From Thalassobaculaceae bacterium (GTDB taxonomy: Bacteria > Pseudomonadota > Alphaproteobacteria > Thalassobaculales > Thalassobaculaceae), in NCBI GenBank assembly GCA_965228875.1, contig OZ245843.1, positions 912,616-976,615 of the forward strand: 64,000 bases of DNA, given 5' to 3'. The notes under the pieces were generated by a model that had not been told where the DNA came from, did not search any database, and was given only the letters and a program-made list of their open reading frames with translations. Below, piece after piece: positions 38,846 through 49,663 of the stretch (the first letter of the stretch is position 1; each line of letters starts with the position of its first letter). A program made the translations under genes and the position numbers.

Positions 38846-39803
38846 GACCGGGGTCCGCCCGTTCCGGCAGCGACTCCCCTGGATCGGCGGCGATCTCCAG
38901 ACGCTCCGCGACTTCATCGTCCGGCCTCGGGAACCGGTGCCGGCGGCGGAAAGCGAAACCTGCCACTTCCCCATGCCGGACGGTAGCGGCGACGTTCTCG
39001 TCGGTGTGCTGGACCGTCCGAGGGCGCCGGTCGCGGGCCGTCCGCTCGCCGTTCTCATCCATGGCCTGACGGGAAGCGCCGACAGCTACTACGTCCGCCG
39101 AGCGGCGCGGGGCTTTCTCGAAGCGGGGTTCTCCACGCTGCGACTGAACCTGCGGGGGGCCGGAGCGAGCCGGCTGCTCTGCCGTCAGCAGTACCACTCG
39201 GGGCGCAGCGAGGACCTCGCGGCGGTGCTCGATCGGGTGGAGGCGCCGGACGGGGTGGTCCTGATGGCCTGGTCGCTCGGCGCCAATATGCTGCTCAAAG
39301 GGCTGGGGGAGTTCGGAGCGCGGCCGTCGATCCGCGGGGCGGTCGCGGTCTCGGCGCCGATCGATCTGGCGATGACCGCGCGGCGGTTCTGCGCGCCGCG
39401 AAACGCCGCCTACCAGCGCTGGCTGCTCGCGGCGATGCGGGCCGAGGTGGCGGCGGCCCCCGTCGGCCTGTCGGCCGGCGAGATCTCCGCGCTGCGCCGC
39501 GTGCGGACGGTGATCGGGTTCGACGACGCCTTCACCGCGCCTCGGAACGGGTTCGCCGATGCCGCGGACTACTACGCCCACTGCTCCGCCAGCCGGTTTC
39601 TGGCCGACATTCGCGTTCCGACCCGGGTGATCCACGCCCTGGACGATCCCTGGATCCCGGCGGAGATGTACCTGGCGGTCGACTGGGGCGCGTTTGCGGA
39701 CGTTTCGGCGACCCTGACCCCGCGCGGCGGCCATGTCGGGTTTCACGGCCCGGGCGGAGTATGGTCGGACGCCGAGGCGATCCGGTTCCTGGAGACGGTA
39801 TAG
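38835..39803 (+). CDS. YheT-family alpha/beta hydrolase
   Basis: Motifs GGDLQT, HGLTGS, YHSG, WSLG.N, FDD..TAP, DDP and GGHVGF. Confidence 0.85.
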   Translation: MPAETGVRPFRQRLPWIGGDLQTLRDFIVRPREPVPAAESETCHFPMPDGSGDVLVGVLDRPRAPVAGRPLAVLIHGLTGSADSYYVRRAARGFLEAGFSTLRLNLRGAGASRLLCRQQYHSGRSEDLAAVLDRVEAPDGVVLMAWSLGANMLLKGLGEFGARPSIRGAVAVSAPIDLAMTARRFCAPRNAAYQRWLLAAMRAEVAAAPVGLSAGEISALRRVRTVIGFDDAFTAPRNGFADAADYYAHCSASRFLADIRVPTRVIHALDDPWIPAEMYLAVDWGAFADVSATLTPRGGHVGFHGPGGVWSDAEAIRFLETV

Positions 39804-39811
39804 GGCCCAGC

Positions 39812-40837
39812 CTATTTGAGGCGCTTGGCCGCCTCGATCGCGAAATAGGTGAGGATCCCGTCCGCGCCGGCGCGCTTGAAGCCGAGCAGGCTCTCCATCA
39901 TGGCCCGTTCGCCGTCGATCCAGCCGCGTTCCGTCGCCGCCATGATCATCGAATACTCGCCGGACACCTGGTAGGCGTAGGTCGGGACGCCGAACGTGTC
40001 CTTCACGCGACGCACGATATCGAGGTATGGCATGCCGGGTTTGACCATGACCATGTCGGCGCCCTCGGCGATGTCGAGGGACACCTCGCGCAGGGCCTCG
40101 TCCGAGTTCGCCGGGTCCATCTGATAGGTCGATTTCGACGCCGTTCCCAGCGTCGAGGCGGAGCCGACGGCGGCGCGGAACGGCGCGTAGAAGCCCGACG
40201 CGTACTTGGCCGCATACGACATGATCTGCACGCCCTGGAATCCCGCCTCGTCCAGGCCCTTGCGGATCGCGCCCACCCGTCCGTCCATCATGTCCGAGGG
40301 CGAGATGATGTCGCAGCCGGCGCTCGCCTGCAGCACCGACTGGCGAACCAGGACGTCGACGGTCTCGTCGTTCAGGACCGATCCGTCCTCGAGCAGGCCG
40401 TCGTGGCCGTGACTGGTGAACGGATCGAGGGCGGCGTCGCACATCACGCCGATGGTCGGCACGGCGTTCTTCACCGCCTCGACCGCCTGGCAGACCACGT
40501 TGTTCTCGCTCACCGCGTAGCTGCCCTGGGCATCCTTCAGGCCGGCCTCCACATAGGGAAAGACGCCGATCACCGGAATTCCGAGATCCGCCGCCTGGCG
40601 GGCGACGACGGCCAGTTCGCTCACGGAGTAGCGCACGACGCCGGGCATGCTCTCCACCGGAATCCGCGGTTCGTCGCCGGCGTGGACGAATACCGGCCAG
40701 ATCAGGTCGTTGACGCCCAGCGCAGTCTCCGCCACCAGCCGTCGCGACCAGTCGGCCTGCCGCGGCCGCCGCAACCGTGTCGTGGGATAGCCGCTGGTGG
40801 GCGCGACCAGTGTCTTCGGGCGGCCGTTGAAAGGCAT
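39812..40837 (-). CDS. hemB: Porphobilinogen synthase (Asp-rich, Zn-independent type)
   Basis: Motifs RLRR.R, DPFTSHGHDG, PSDMMDGR, YAAKYAS, YQMDP, MVKP and YQVSGEY. Confidence 0.96.
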   Translation of the reverse strand: MPFNGRPKTLVAPTSGYPTTRLRRPRQADWSRRLVAETALGVNDLIWPVFVHAGDEPRIPVESMPGVVRYSVSELAVVARQAADLGIPVIGVFPYVEAGLKDAQGSYAVSENNVVCQAVEAVKNAVPTIGVMCDAALDPFTSHGHDGLLEDGSVLNDETVDVLVRQSVLQASAGCDIISPSDMMDGRVGAIRKGLDEAGFQGVQIMSYAAKYASGFYAPFRAAVGSASTLGTASKSTYQMDPANSDEALREVSLDIAEGADMVMVKPGMPYLDIVRRVKDTFGVPTYAYQVSGEYSMIMAATERGWIDGERAMMESLLGFKRAGADGILTYFAIEAAKRLK

Positions 40838-40861
40838 GGCTTTCCTCGTTTCGTCTTGTTG

Positions 40862-40876
40862 TTAAGCCGAGTTTAA
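40862..40876. promoter_or_regulatory. CtrA-type box (TTAA-N7-TTAA)
   Basis: TTAAgccgagtTTAA, with an extra TTAAC at 40886-40890, in the hemB / acyl-CoA dehydrogenase divergent region. Confidence 0.55.
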
Positions 40877-41026
40877 GGCAGCGGCTTAACGATGTAACCG
40901 CCCGCAGGCAAGTGCTTGACCCTGGGACACCGTTGACTCGTCCGATACCCGTCCAGATGATCGCGCGCCGTCGACGCCCGGACGTGGTGCGTTTACTTTG
41001 AACGGCGGATCTGAGGAGGGAAAGAC

Positions 41027-42169
41027 ATGGACTTCCAACTCAGCGACGAGCAGTGCGCGATCCAGGACATGGCCCGGTCCTTCGCCGCCGACCGGTTGGC
41101 GCCGAACGCCGCCGAGTGGGACGAGACCGGCCACTTTCCGGTCGACGTGCTGCGCGAACTGGCGGAACTCGGTCTCGGTGCGATCTACGTGCGCGACGAT
41201 GTCGGCGGTTCAGGCCTCGGCCGCCTGGACGCGGCGATCGCCTTCGAGGAACTCTCGGCCGGCTGCGTGTCGACCGCGGCCTTCCTGTCGATCCACAACA
41301 TGGTGGCCTGGATGATCGACAGCTTCGCGGAGGAGGGCGTGCGCTCGCGCTTCCTGCCGAAGCTGGCCAACATGGAGCAGATCGCGTCCTACTGCCTGAC
41401 GGAGCCCGGCGCCGGCTCCGATGCCGCGGCGCTGCGGACCCGGGCGGAGAAGGTCGGCAACTCGCACTACGTGCTCAACGGCGGCAAGGCCTTCATCTCC
41501 GGCGCCGGCACCAGCGACGTCTATGCCGTGATGTGCCGGACGGGCGAGGAGGGACCGCGCGGTATCTCCTGCATCCTTGTCGAGAAGGACACGCCGGGCC
41601 TGTCCTTCGGCAAGACCGAGAAGAAGCTCGGCTGGAACAGTCAGCCGACCGCCATGGTGAATTTCGAGGACTGCAAGGTGCCGGCGGAGAATCTGGTCGG
41701 TGCCGAGGGGCAGGGCTTCAGGATCGCCATGGCGGGGCTCGACGGCGGACGCATCAATATCGCCGCCTGCTCGCTCGGCGGTGCGCGGGCGGCGCTCGAG
41801 GGCGCGCTCGCCTACGTGAAGGACCGCAAGGCGTTCGGACAGGCGATCGCCGACTTCCAGGCCACGCAGTTCAGACTGGCCGACATGGCGACGGAACTCG
41901 AGGCGGCGCGGCTAATGGTGCATCGCGCGGCTGCCAGCCTCGACGCCAAGGCGCCGGAAGCGACCCAGCACGCCGCCATGGCAAAGCGCTTCGCCACCGA
42001 TATCGGCTACAAGGTGGTCGACGAGGCGTTGCAGCTCCACGGCGGCTACGGCTACCTCAAGGATTATCCGGTCGAGCGGCTGCTGCGGGATCTGCGGGTC
42101 CACCGGATCCTGGAGGGGACCAACGAGATCATGCGCGTGATCATCGCCCGCAAGCTGCTGGCCAACTGA
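41027..42169 (+). CDS. Acyl-CoA dehydrogenase (isobutyryl-CoA dehydrogenase-like)
   Basis: Motifs [25 protein letters not shown] and ILEGTNEIM. Lies in an operon with an HIB-CoA hydrolase and mmsB. Confidence 0.92.
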   Translation: MDFQLSDEQCAIQDMARSFAADRLAPNAAEWDETGHFPVDVLRELAELGLGAIYVRDDVGGSGLGRLDAAIAFEELSAGCVSTAAFLSIHNMVAWMIDSFAEEGVRSRFLPKLANMEQIASYCLTEPGAGSDAAALRTRAEKVGNSHYVLNGGKAFISGAGTSDVYAVMCRTGEEGPRGISCILVEKDTPGLSFGKTEKKLGWNSQPTAMVNFEDCKVPAENLVGAEGQGFRIAMAGLDGGRINIAACSLGGARAALEGALAYVKDRKAFGQAIADFQATQFRLADMATELEAARLMVHRAAASLDAKAPEATQHAAMAKRFATDIGYKVVDEALQLHGGYGYLKDYPVERLLRDLRVHRILEGTNEIMRVIIARKLLAN

Positions 42170-42186
42170 CATACCCGGAGAGGGAC

Positions 42187-43263
42187 GTGACCGAAGAGAT
42201 CAGATTTTCCGCTGAACATGGCCTCGCCACGATCGAGCTGGCCCGTCCCAAGGCGCTGAACGCGCTGACCTATCCCATGGTCCAGCGGATGGCCGAGCGC
42301 CTCAATGCCTGGGAGGACGACGACGCCATCGGCGCCGTCGTCATCAAGGGCGAAGGAGAGAAGGCGTTCTGCGCCGGCGGCGACGTGCGCGCCGTCTGGA
42401 AATCGGTCAGGGAAGAGAACGGCGGCGAGCCGTCCGAACTCTCCAGGGTCTTCTTCTTCGACGAGTACCGCCTGAACCACCAGATCCACGCCTTCTCCAA
42501 ACCCTATGTCGCGCTGCTGGACGGAGTGACCATGGGGGGCGGTGTCGGTGTCTCGATCCACGGTTCGCACCGGATCGCCACCGAACGCCTGATGTTCGCC
42601 ATGCCGGAGACCGGGATCGGCCTGTTCCCCGATGTGGGCGGCGGTTGGTTCCTGCCGCGACTGCCGGGCGAGACCGGGACCTACCTGGCGCTGACCGGTG
42701 CCCGGCTGGACGCCGCTGGAGCCTGCGCCCTCGGCATCGCGACCCACTACGTGCCGTCGAGCCGGCTTGAGGGCTTCGAGGCGTCGCTCGCCACCGCGAT
42801 CGGCGGGGGCACGCCGGCGCGCGCTGCGGTCAACGACGTGCTAGACCGGCTCGCCGAGCCTGCCGGTGACGATCCGTTGGCCGCGCACCGCGCCACCATC
42901 GACTCCTGCTTCGCCGCCGCAACCGTCGAGGCGATCCTCGACGCGCTGGCCGCCGACGGCTCCGAGTTCGCGACGCAGACGCGGGACACGCTGCTGGCGA
43001 AATCGCCGACCAGCCTGAAGATCTCGCTCGAACTGATGCGTCGCGGCCGTCAGGCCTCCAACCTGGCAGACGTGTTGCTCCTGGAGTACCGGCTGTCGCA
43101 GGCCTGCATGGCCGGGCATGACTATTACGAGGGTATCCGCGCGGTCCTGATCGACAAGGACCACGCGCCGAAATGGCAGCCGGCGGCGCTGACGGAGGTC
43201 GGCGAGGATATCGTTGCCGCGCATTTCAGCGCTCCGGCGCACGGCGACTGGTCCCTGTCTTGA
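42187..43263 (+). CDS. 3-hydroxyisobutyryl-CoA hydrolase (crotonase family)
   Basis: Motifs RPKALNAL, AFCAGGD, MGGGVG, AMPETGIGLFPDVG and EGIRAVLIDKD. GTG 42187. Confidence 0.9.
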   Translation: MTEEIRFSAEHGLATIELARPKALNALTYPMVQRMAERLNAWEDDDAIGAVVIKGEGEKAFCAGGDVRAVWKSVREENGGEPSELSRVFFFDEYRLNHQIHAFSKPYVALLDGVTMGGGVGVSIHGSHRIATERLMFAMPETGIGLFPDVGGGWFLPRLPGETGTYLALTGARLDAAGACALGIATHYVPSSRLEGFEASLATAIGGGTPARAAVNDVLDRLAEPAGDDPLAAHRATIDSCFAAATVEAILDALAADGSEFATQTRDTLLAKSPTSLKISLELMRRGRQASNLADVLLLEYRLSQACMAGHDYYEGIRAVLIDKDHAPKWQPAALTEVGEDIVAAHFSAPAHGDWSLS

Positions 43264-43294
43264 CCGCCGGTGCTCCGGTGCGGAGCATGGAGCG

Positions 43295-43327
43295 GACAAG
43301 ACCATAACGGCAGACAAGACCATAACG
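43295..43327 (+). repeat. Direct repeat GACAAGACCATAACG x2 (18-nt period)
   Basis: Identical 15-mers at 43295-43309 and 43313-43327 in the mmsB leader. Confidence 0.85.
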
Positions 43328-43358
43328 AATGACGAACAGGTCCTCGGGAGGGACGGCA

Positions 43359-44243
43359 ATGGCGACGATCGGTTTCATCGGACTCGGGAACATGGGCCTG
43401 CCCATGGCGCTCAACCTCGTGAAGGCGGGCCATGCGGTGTGCGGCTTCGACCTCTCCGGCGATCAGGTGAACGCGCTGGTGGCGGGCGGCGGAACCGCCG
43501 CCGCGTCGGCTGCCGCTGCGATCGAGTCGGTCGATGTCGTCGTCACGATGCTGCCGGCCGGCCCGCACGTGCGCGCGGTCTATGGCGAGTCGATCATCGG
43601 CAAGGCCGCCGCGGGCACGTTGCTGATCGATTGCTCGACGATCGACGTCGCGAGCGCCAGGGACGTTGCCGCCGATGCGGCCGCCGCCGGCCTGGAAATG
43701 GTCGACGCCCCGGTGTCGGGTGGCACCACGGGCGCGGAGGCCGGCACGCTGACATTCATGGTCGGCGGCCCCGAGTCGGCGTTCGAGAGAGCGCGCCCCT
43801 ATCTTGAGGCGATGGGCGAGACCATCGTGCTTGCCGGCGGCAGCGGCAACGGTCAGGCGGCGAAGATCTGCAACAACATGATGCTCGCGATCAACATGCT
43901 CGGGCAGTGCGAGGCGTTCGCCATGGCGGAGAAGCTGGGGCTCGATACCGCCAAGCTGTTCGCCATCAGTTCCAAGTCCTCGGGCCAGAGCTGGGCGATG
44001 ACCACCTACTGCCCGGTTGCCGGACTGACGGAGACGGCGGCCTCCAACCGCGATTTCAAGCCTGGCTTCACCGCCGCGATGATGCTGAAGGATCTCGGTC
44101 TGTCCCAGGATGCGGCCGAACAGGCCGATGCGCAGACCCCGCTCGGCGCCGAGGCGACGAAACTCTTTCGCGATTTCGTCGATCGCGGAAACGCAGAGGT
44201 TGATTTCTCCGGAATCATCAACATGATCCGGGGCGGGGCGTGA
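43359..44243 (+). CDS. mmsB: 3-hydroxyisobutyrate dehydrogenase
   Basis: Motifs GFIGLGNMG.PMA, DAPVSGG, KICNNM and LKDLGL, plus operon context. Confidence 0.93.
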   Translation: MATIGFIGLGNMGLPMALNLVKAGHAVCGFDLSGDQVNALVAGGGTAAASAAAAIESVDVVVTMLPAGPHVRAVYGESIIGKAAAGTLLIDCSTIDVASARDVAADAAAAGLEMVDAPVSGGTTGAEAGTLTFMVGGPESAFERARPYLEAMGETIVLAGGSGNGQAAKICNNMMLAINMLGQCEAFAMAEKLGLDTAKLFAISSKSSGQSWAMTTYCPVAGLTETAASNRDFKPGFTAAMMLKDLGLSQDAAEQADAQTPLGAEATKLFRDFVDRGNAEVDFSGIINMIRGGA

Positions 44244-44360
44244 TTCTGCCGTTGTCGAAACGAGTTGCGTGTCTAGATGGGTTGGTCTAGACCCGATGGA
44301 TGGTGCGCGTCTCCAGTGGTGCCGAAAAACAGGTGACGAGTAGCGGGCGGCGGGAATGCG

Positions 44361-44849
44361 ATGACAATGACGGATGATGTGACAGACCTCCGCCGCGAGT
44401 ATCTCGACGCGATCAAACTGATCGAAAGGCTCCACCGCCAGTTTCTTGAAGTGGTGAAGACGGAACTCGACCGGATCGGCGTCGAGGACATCAACAACAT
44501 TCAGGCCCTCATCCTGTTCAACATCAGCGATGAGGAACTGACGGTCGGTGAACTGACGAACCGCGGCTACTACCTCGGCTCCAACGTCTCGTACAACGTG
44601 CGGAAAATGGTCGAGAACGGGTACCTCGTGCAGGAGCGGTCGACGCACGACCGCCGGTCGATCCGGGTCCGCCTGTCGGACAAGGGGCTGGCCCTCTGCA
44701 AGGAGATCGACGCGATGTTCGAACGTCACGCCAGCTCGCTGCCCAGCGTGCCGGTGGACGGCGACAACCTCAAGGCGGCCAGCGCGTCGTATCGCGACCT
44801 TGAGCGGTTCTGGATCTCGCTTCTGAATTTCGGCCTGCGCGGCGTCTGA
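44361..44849 (+). CDS. ldtR: MarR-family regulator, LdtR-like
   Basis: ERLHR..L...K.E.DR...DIN..QAL.L.NI...EL..RGYYLGSNVSYN matches my recollection of the alphaproteobacterial LdtR family. Confidence 0.78.
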   Translation: MTMTDDVTDLRREYLDAIKLIERLHRQFLEVVKTELDRIGVEDINNIQALILFNISDEELTVGELTNRGYYLGSNVSYNVRKMVENGYLVQERSTHDRRSIRVRLSDKGLALCKEIDAMFERHASSLPSVPVDGDNLKAASASYRDLERFWISLLNFGLRGV

Positions 44850-44860
44850 GTCTTTATCGG

Positions 44861-44889
44861 GATCGGCCCGAAGACAGCGGCCGATCTTT
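44861..44889 (+). terminator. Probable intrinsic terminator after the ldtR-like gene
   Basis: gatcggcc...ggccgatc stem followed by TTT. Confidence 0.45.
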
Positions 44890-45021
44890 GCGATCCGGTT
44901 TTCCCTTGGACAGCACATCGGCGCTTTTCTAGAGTGCGCCGCACTGCGCCTGCGGGTGCGGTAACGGTGCGCCGCGCGGCGTGCCCGTTCGATGCCGCTT
45001 GCGATGCTGCCGAGGAAATCG

Positions 45022-46335
45022 ATGCGCCTGTCCCGCTATTTTCTTCCGACCCTGAAGGATACGCCCCGCGAGGCGGAGATCGTGTCCCACCGCCTGATGC
45101 TGAGGGCGGGAATGATGCAGCAGTCGAGCGCGGGGATCTATTCCTGGCTGCCGCTGGGGTTCAACGTGCTCAAGCGGATCGAGCAGATCGTCCGCGAGGA
45201 GCAGAACGCGGCGGGTTGGAACGAGGTTCTGATGCCGACCATCCAGCCGGCCGATCTGTGGCGCGAGAGCGGGCGGTACGATGACTACGGCAAGGAGATG
45301 CTCCGGATCAGCGACCGGCACGAGCGCGACATGCTCTACGGGCCGACCAACGAGGAGCAGATCACGGACATCTTCCGCACCCACGTGCGCAGCTACCGGG
45401 ATCTGCCGGAGCGGCTCTATCACATCCAGTGGAAGTTCCGCGACGAGGTGCGGCCCCGTTTCGGCGTGATGCGCGGGCGCGAGTTCCTGATGAAGGACGC
45501 CTATTCCTTCGACATCGACTTCGAGAGCGCGAAGCGGAACTACAATCGTCAGTTCGTCGCCTACCTGCGGACCTTCGACCGTCTCGGCCTCAAGGCGATC
45601 CCGATGGCGGCCGACAGCGGACCGATCGGCGGCGACCTCAGCCACGAGTTCATCATCCTTGCCGAGACCGGCGAGAGCGAGGTGTTCTGCCACAAGGACT
45701 GGCTGACCACCGATGCGGTACCGGCCGACGTCGACTACGACGCCGATCTGCAGCCGATCGTCGATTCCTGTCTCGCCCGTTACGCGGCGACCGACGAGAA
45801 GCACGATCCGACCGCTTGCCCCGTTGCCGAAGCGGACCTCGTGCACACCCGGGGCATCGAGGTGGGCCATATCTTCTATTTCGGTACCAAGTACTCCGCG
45901 CCGCTCGGTGCCAGGGTCGCCGGGCCCGATGGCAAGGAGACCGAAGTCCTGATGGGGTCCTACGGCGTCGGCGTGTCGCGCCTGGTCGGCGGCATCATCG
46001 AGGCGAGCCACGACGAGAACGGCATCGTCTGGCCGGAGCAGGTGGCGCCGTTCAAGGTCGGACTGGTCAACCTGAAGGTCGGTGATGCGGCCTGCGACAC
46101 CGCCAGCGAGGACCTCTACGCCAAACTCGGCAAGGCCGGGGTCGACGTGCTGCTGGACGACAGCGGCGATCGGCCCGGCGCGAAGCTTGCGACCATGGAC
46201 CTGATCGGCCTGCCGTGGCAGATCATCGTCGGTCCGCGCGGCATTGCCGGCGGGGTGGTCGAGGTGAAGAACCGCCGCACCGGCGAGCGCGAGGAGATGA
46301 CGCCCGAGGCCGCCCTCAACCGGTTCGCCGGCTGA
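45022..46335 (+). CDS. proS: Proline--tRNA ligase (short alphaproteobacterial form)
   Basis: Motifs [34 protein letters not shown] and IEVGHIF. Confidence 0.96.
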   Translation: MRLSRYFLPTLKDTPREAEIVSHRLMLRAGMMQQSSAGIYSWLPLGFNVLKRIEQIVREEQNAAGWNEVLMPTIQPADLWRESGRYDDYGKEMLRISDRHERDMLYGPTNEEQITDIFRTHVRSYRDLPERLYHIQWKFRDEVRPRFGVMRGREFLMKDAYSFDIDFESAKRNYNRQFVAYLRTFDRLGLKAIPMAADSGPIGGDLSHEFIILAETGESEVFCHKDWLTTDAVPADVDYDADLQPIVDSCLARYAATDEKHDPTACPVAEADLVHTRGIEVGHIFYFGTKYSAPLGARVAGPDGKETEVLMGSYGVGVSRLVGGIIEASHDENGIVWPEQVAPFKVGLVNLKVGDAACDTASEDLYAKLGKAGVDVLLDDSGDRPGAKLATMDLIGLPWQIIVGPRGIAGGVVEVKNRRTGEREEMTPEAALNRFAG

Positions 46336-46412
46336 GCGGGCGCCGCGTCGCGCAGCGCCACGATGTCGCCGCATAGCGCCCCGATTGTGGGGGTCCGGCA
46401 GAGAGGGCGGGC

Positions 46413-47660
46413 ATGATCTTCGGTGCTTTCGAGAGAATGGTGGCGATGCGCTACCTGCGCGCCCGGCGCCAGGAGGGCTTCATCTCTGTGATCGCTGGGT
46501 TCTCCCTGCTCGGCATCGGCCTGGGCGTGGCGACGCTGATCATCGTGATGAGCGTCATGAACGGCTTCCGGGCCGAACTGATCGGCCGGATTCTCGGCCT
46601 CAACGGCCATGCCGCGGTCTATGCCGTCGATGGATCCATCGAGAATTTCGACCAGCTCGTCGTCGATGCCGCCTCCGTGCCGGGCGTGTTCAGCGTCACC
46701 CCGCAGGTCGAGGGCCAGGCCATGCTGAGCGCCAACGGCGTTGCCTCCGGCGGCGTCGTGCGCGGCGTGCGGCCGAGCGACCTCAAGGCCAAGGCACTGA
46801 TCGCCAGCAACATCCAGACCGGCTCGCTCGACGCCTTCGAAGGCAAGGATGCCGTGGTCCTCGGCAGCCGCCTGGCCCGGCGCCTGGGGCTGCATGTCGG
46901 CGACCGGGTGACGCTGATCTCGCCGACATCGTCGGTCACCGTCGTCGGCAGCATGCCTCGGATGAAGGCCTACCAGGTGGCGGCGCTGTTCGAGGTGGGC
47001 ATGTTCGAGTACGACAACACCTTCGTCTACATGCCGCTCCGCGCGGCGCAGGTGTTCTTCCAGAAGGGCGACTCGGTCAATGCCCTGGAGATCTTCACCA
47101 CCGACCCCGACTCGCTCGGATCGGTGCGCCAGGACATGCTGCACGCGCTGCCCCCGGAAGTGTATTTCCGCGACTGGCAGCAGCAGAACCGCAGCTTCTT
47201 CAACGCGCTGCAGGTCGAACGCAACGTGATGTTCCTGATTCTCACGCTCATCATCCTGGTCGCCGCCTTCAACATCATCAGCTCGCTCATCATGCTGGTG
47301 AAGGACAAGGGGAGGGACATCGCGGTTCTCCGCACGATGGGAGCGTCGCGCGGCATGATCACCCGCATCTTCTTCATGACCGGGGCCAGCGTCGGCGTGC
47401 TCGGTACGGTGGTCGGCGCCGCGCTCGGCCTGGTCTTCGTGATGAACGTCGAGGCGATCCAGGACTGGGTGGAGGCGGCGTTCGGCACGTCGGTCTTCCC
47501 GCCGGAGGTCTACTTCCTGACCAATGTCCCGGCGAAGCTGGACCCCACGGAGGTTGTGGTCGTCGTGTCCATGGCCCTCGCCCTCAGCTTCGCGGCGACG
47601 ATCTACCCGGCTTGGCGGGCGGCGCGTATCGATCCGGTCGAGGCGCTTCGCTATGAGTGA
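46413..47660 (+). CDS. lolE: Lipoprotein-releasing ABC transporter permease LolC/E
   Basis: Motifs [29 protein letters not shown] and P.EALRYE. Confidence 0.92.
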   Translation: MIFGAFERMVAMRYLRARRQEGFISVIAGFSLLGIGLGVATLIIVMSVMNGFRAELIGRILGLNGHAAVYAVDGSIENFDQLVVDAASVPGVFSVTPQVEGQAMLSANGVASGGVVRGVRPSDLKAKALIASNIQTGSLDAFEGKDAVVLGSRLARRLGLHVGDRVTLISPTSSVTVVGSMPRMKAYQVAALFEVGMFEYDNTFVYMPLRAAQVFFQKGDSVNALEIFTTDPDSLGSVRQDMLHALPPEVYFRDWQQQNRSFFNALQVERNVMFLILTLIILVAAFNIISSLIMLVKDKGRDIAVLRTMGASRGMITRIFFMTGASVGVLGTVVGAALGLVFVMNVEAIQDWVEAAFGTSVFPPEVYFLTNVPAKLDPTEVVVVVSMALALSFAATIYPAWRAARIDPVEALRYE

Positions 47661-48369
47661 CACGGCGGACGCGGAACGCGATCACCAGGGCCGTGCGCTG
47701 GTCCTAGAGGGGGTCACGCGGGTGTTCGGCATGGGCGAACAGTCGCTGCGGGTGCTGCGGGGGGTGGATCTTTCGCTGAACGAGGGGCAGATCGTGGCCC
47801 TGGTCGGTCCGTCGGGGGCGGGAAAGTCGACCCTGCTGCACATCGCCGGCCTGCTCGAGCGGCCGACCGGCGGCAAGGTCATCATCGACGGCCGCAACTG
47901 CGCCACCTTGAACGACGCCGAGCGCACCCGCTTCCGTCAGCGCACGATCGGTTTCGTCTATCAGTTCCACCACCTGCTGCCGGAGTTCTCGGCCCGCGAG
48001 AACGTCATGATTCCGCAGATGATTGCGGGCCTGTCCAGGCGAGAGGCGGGGGAGCGGGCGGACCAGCTGTTGCGCATGGTGGGGTTGAGCGAGCGGGCGA
48101 GCCATCGTCCGGCGCGACTGTCCGGCGGCGAACAGCAGCGGGTGGCCATCGTTCGGGGAATCGCCAACGTGCCGCGGGTGCTGCTGGCCGACGAGCCGAC
48201 CGGAAACCTCGATCCCCAGACAGCGGCCGACGTGTTCGAGCAGCTCACTCAGATCGTTCGGGGGACCGGCCTTTCAGCACTGATCGCCACACACAACCTT
48301 GATCTTGCAGCCGCTATGGACAGGGTGGTCGAGCTTCGCGACGGCGCGCTCGTGGAGCGCAATCTGTAG
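47653..48369 (+). CDS. lolD: Lipoprotein-releasing ABC transporter ATPase
   Basis: Motifs [30 protein letters not shown] and DEPTGNLD. Confidence 0.94.
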   Translation: MSDTADAERDHQGRALVLEGVTRVFGMGEQSLRVLRGVDLSLNEGQIVALVGPSGAGKSTLLHIAGLLERPTGGKVIIDGRNCATLNDAERTRFRQRTIGFVYQFHHLLPEFSARENVMIPQMIAGLSRREAGERADQLLRMVGLSERASHRPARLSGGEQQRVAIVRGIANVPRVLLADEPTGNLDPQTAADVFEQLTQIVRGTGLSALIATHNLDLAAAMDRVVELRDGALVERNL

Positions 48370-48384
48370 CGGCGGAGACCGGTA

Positions 48385-49629
48385 TCAGGAGACGATGCCG
48401 ACCGCGCGCTTGACCTTGGCGAAGTCCAGGTTGACGCCGTTGAGATCCGTATCGGACAGATCGACGCCGTCGAACACGGCGCCCGCGAAGTTGATTCCCT
48501 GCAGTTCGGCGCCCCGGAAACGCGCGGACAGCGCGCGCCCGGTCTTGCGGCCGTCGGGACCGATGATCTCGGCATCCTCGATCATCGTGCTGATGAAGAT
48601 CGCCTTCGAGAGCATGGCGCCGGCGAAGTTCGTGCCCGATGCCCGTGCGAAGGAGAAATCGGTTTCCTCCAGGTTGGCGCCCTGGAAGGACGTCAGGAAC
48701 AGTTCGGATCTCACGAAGGCCGCGCCCTTCAGGTTGGCGCCGTCGAAGCAGACGCCGCGCACGTCGCAGCTTGAGAAGTCGAGCTCCACGAGATCCGCGT
48801 CCTTCAGGTTGGCGCGGGACCCGATGGCACCGTTGCTGGCGATCCACTTGCTGTGCTCGCGCAGCATGTCTTCGATTTCCGTGGGCAGCGGCTTCTGGCT
48901 GTCGCGGTGGATCGCGCCGGTCAGGTTGGCCGTCTCGATGTTGGCCTTCGACAGATCGACATTGCGCAGGTTGGCGTCGGTGAGATTGGCCCGGCTGAGA
49001 TCGGCGCCGTCGAGATTGGTGCCCGTGAGGTTGGCGTTCTTGAGGTTGCAGCCGGTCAGGTCGGCGCCGGTCAGGTCGGCGCCGGCGAGGTTCACCGCGT
49101 GCAGCACGACGTCGCGGAACACCGCTCCCCGGGCGCTGGATACCGCCAGGTTCGCCTCGGTCATGTTGGCGTCGGAGAAATCGGCGCCGTCCAGATTGGC
49201 ATCAGACAGGTCGGCGGAGCGCTTGATCTCCTCGCCCCACTGCATGATGTGGCCGGGACGCAGGTCGGCGCCTTTGAGTTTGGCGCCGGACAGGTTGGCC
49301 AGCGTGAAGTTGGCGCCGCGCAGGTCGGCCTTCTCCAGGCGTGCGTTCTTCAGGTTCGCGGCCGAGAAGTCGCAGCCGAACAGGTCCGCCTGCGACAGGT
49401 CGGCGCCGTTCAGGGTGCTGCGGGTGAAGGTCGACCCGGACAGGGTAGCCTGGTGCAGGTTGACGTTGTCGAGCGACAGGTTGTCGAGCTTCTCGCTCTT
49501 CAGCAGGCATCGACGGCCACCGGTACCGCCCCGCAGGAAGGCATCGTGCGCGCGCAGGGCAACGGCGATGTCCTTCGGGAGGTTCATGAGATCGTTGGCT
49601 TCCGAGACGCACATTTTGCGAAGACCCAT
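48385..49629 (-). CDS. Pentapeptide-repeat protein with two capped modules
   Basis: Long A(D/N)LxxA(D/N)L arrays and no signal peptide. Start is 49629 or 49587. Confidence 0.9.
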   Translation of the reverse strand: MGLRKMCVSEANDLMNLPKDIAVALRAHDAFLRGGTGGRRCLLKSEKLDNLSLDNVNLHQATLSGSTFTRSTLNGADLSQADLFGCDFSAANLKNARLEKADLRGANFTLANLSGAKLKGADLRPGHIMQWGEEIKRSADLSDANLDGADFSDANMTEANLAVSSARGAVFRDVVLHAVNLAGADLTGADLTGCNLKNANLTGTNLDGADLSRANLTDANLRNVDLSKANIETANLTGAIHRDSQKPLPTEIEDMLREHSKWIASNGAIGSRANLKDADLVELDFSSCDVRGVCFDGANLKGAAFVRSELFLTSFQGANLEETDFSFARASGTNFAGAMLSKAIFISTMIEDAEIIGPDGRKTGRALSARFRGAELQGINFAGAVFDGVDLSDTDLNGVNLDFAKVKRAVGIVS

Positions 49630-49663
49630 GCTTCTGGCATGTCACAAGTATCGGGTACGCGGA

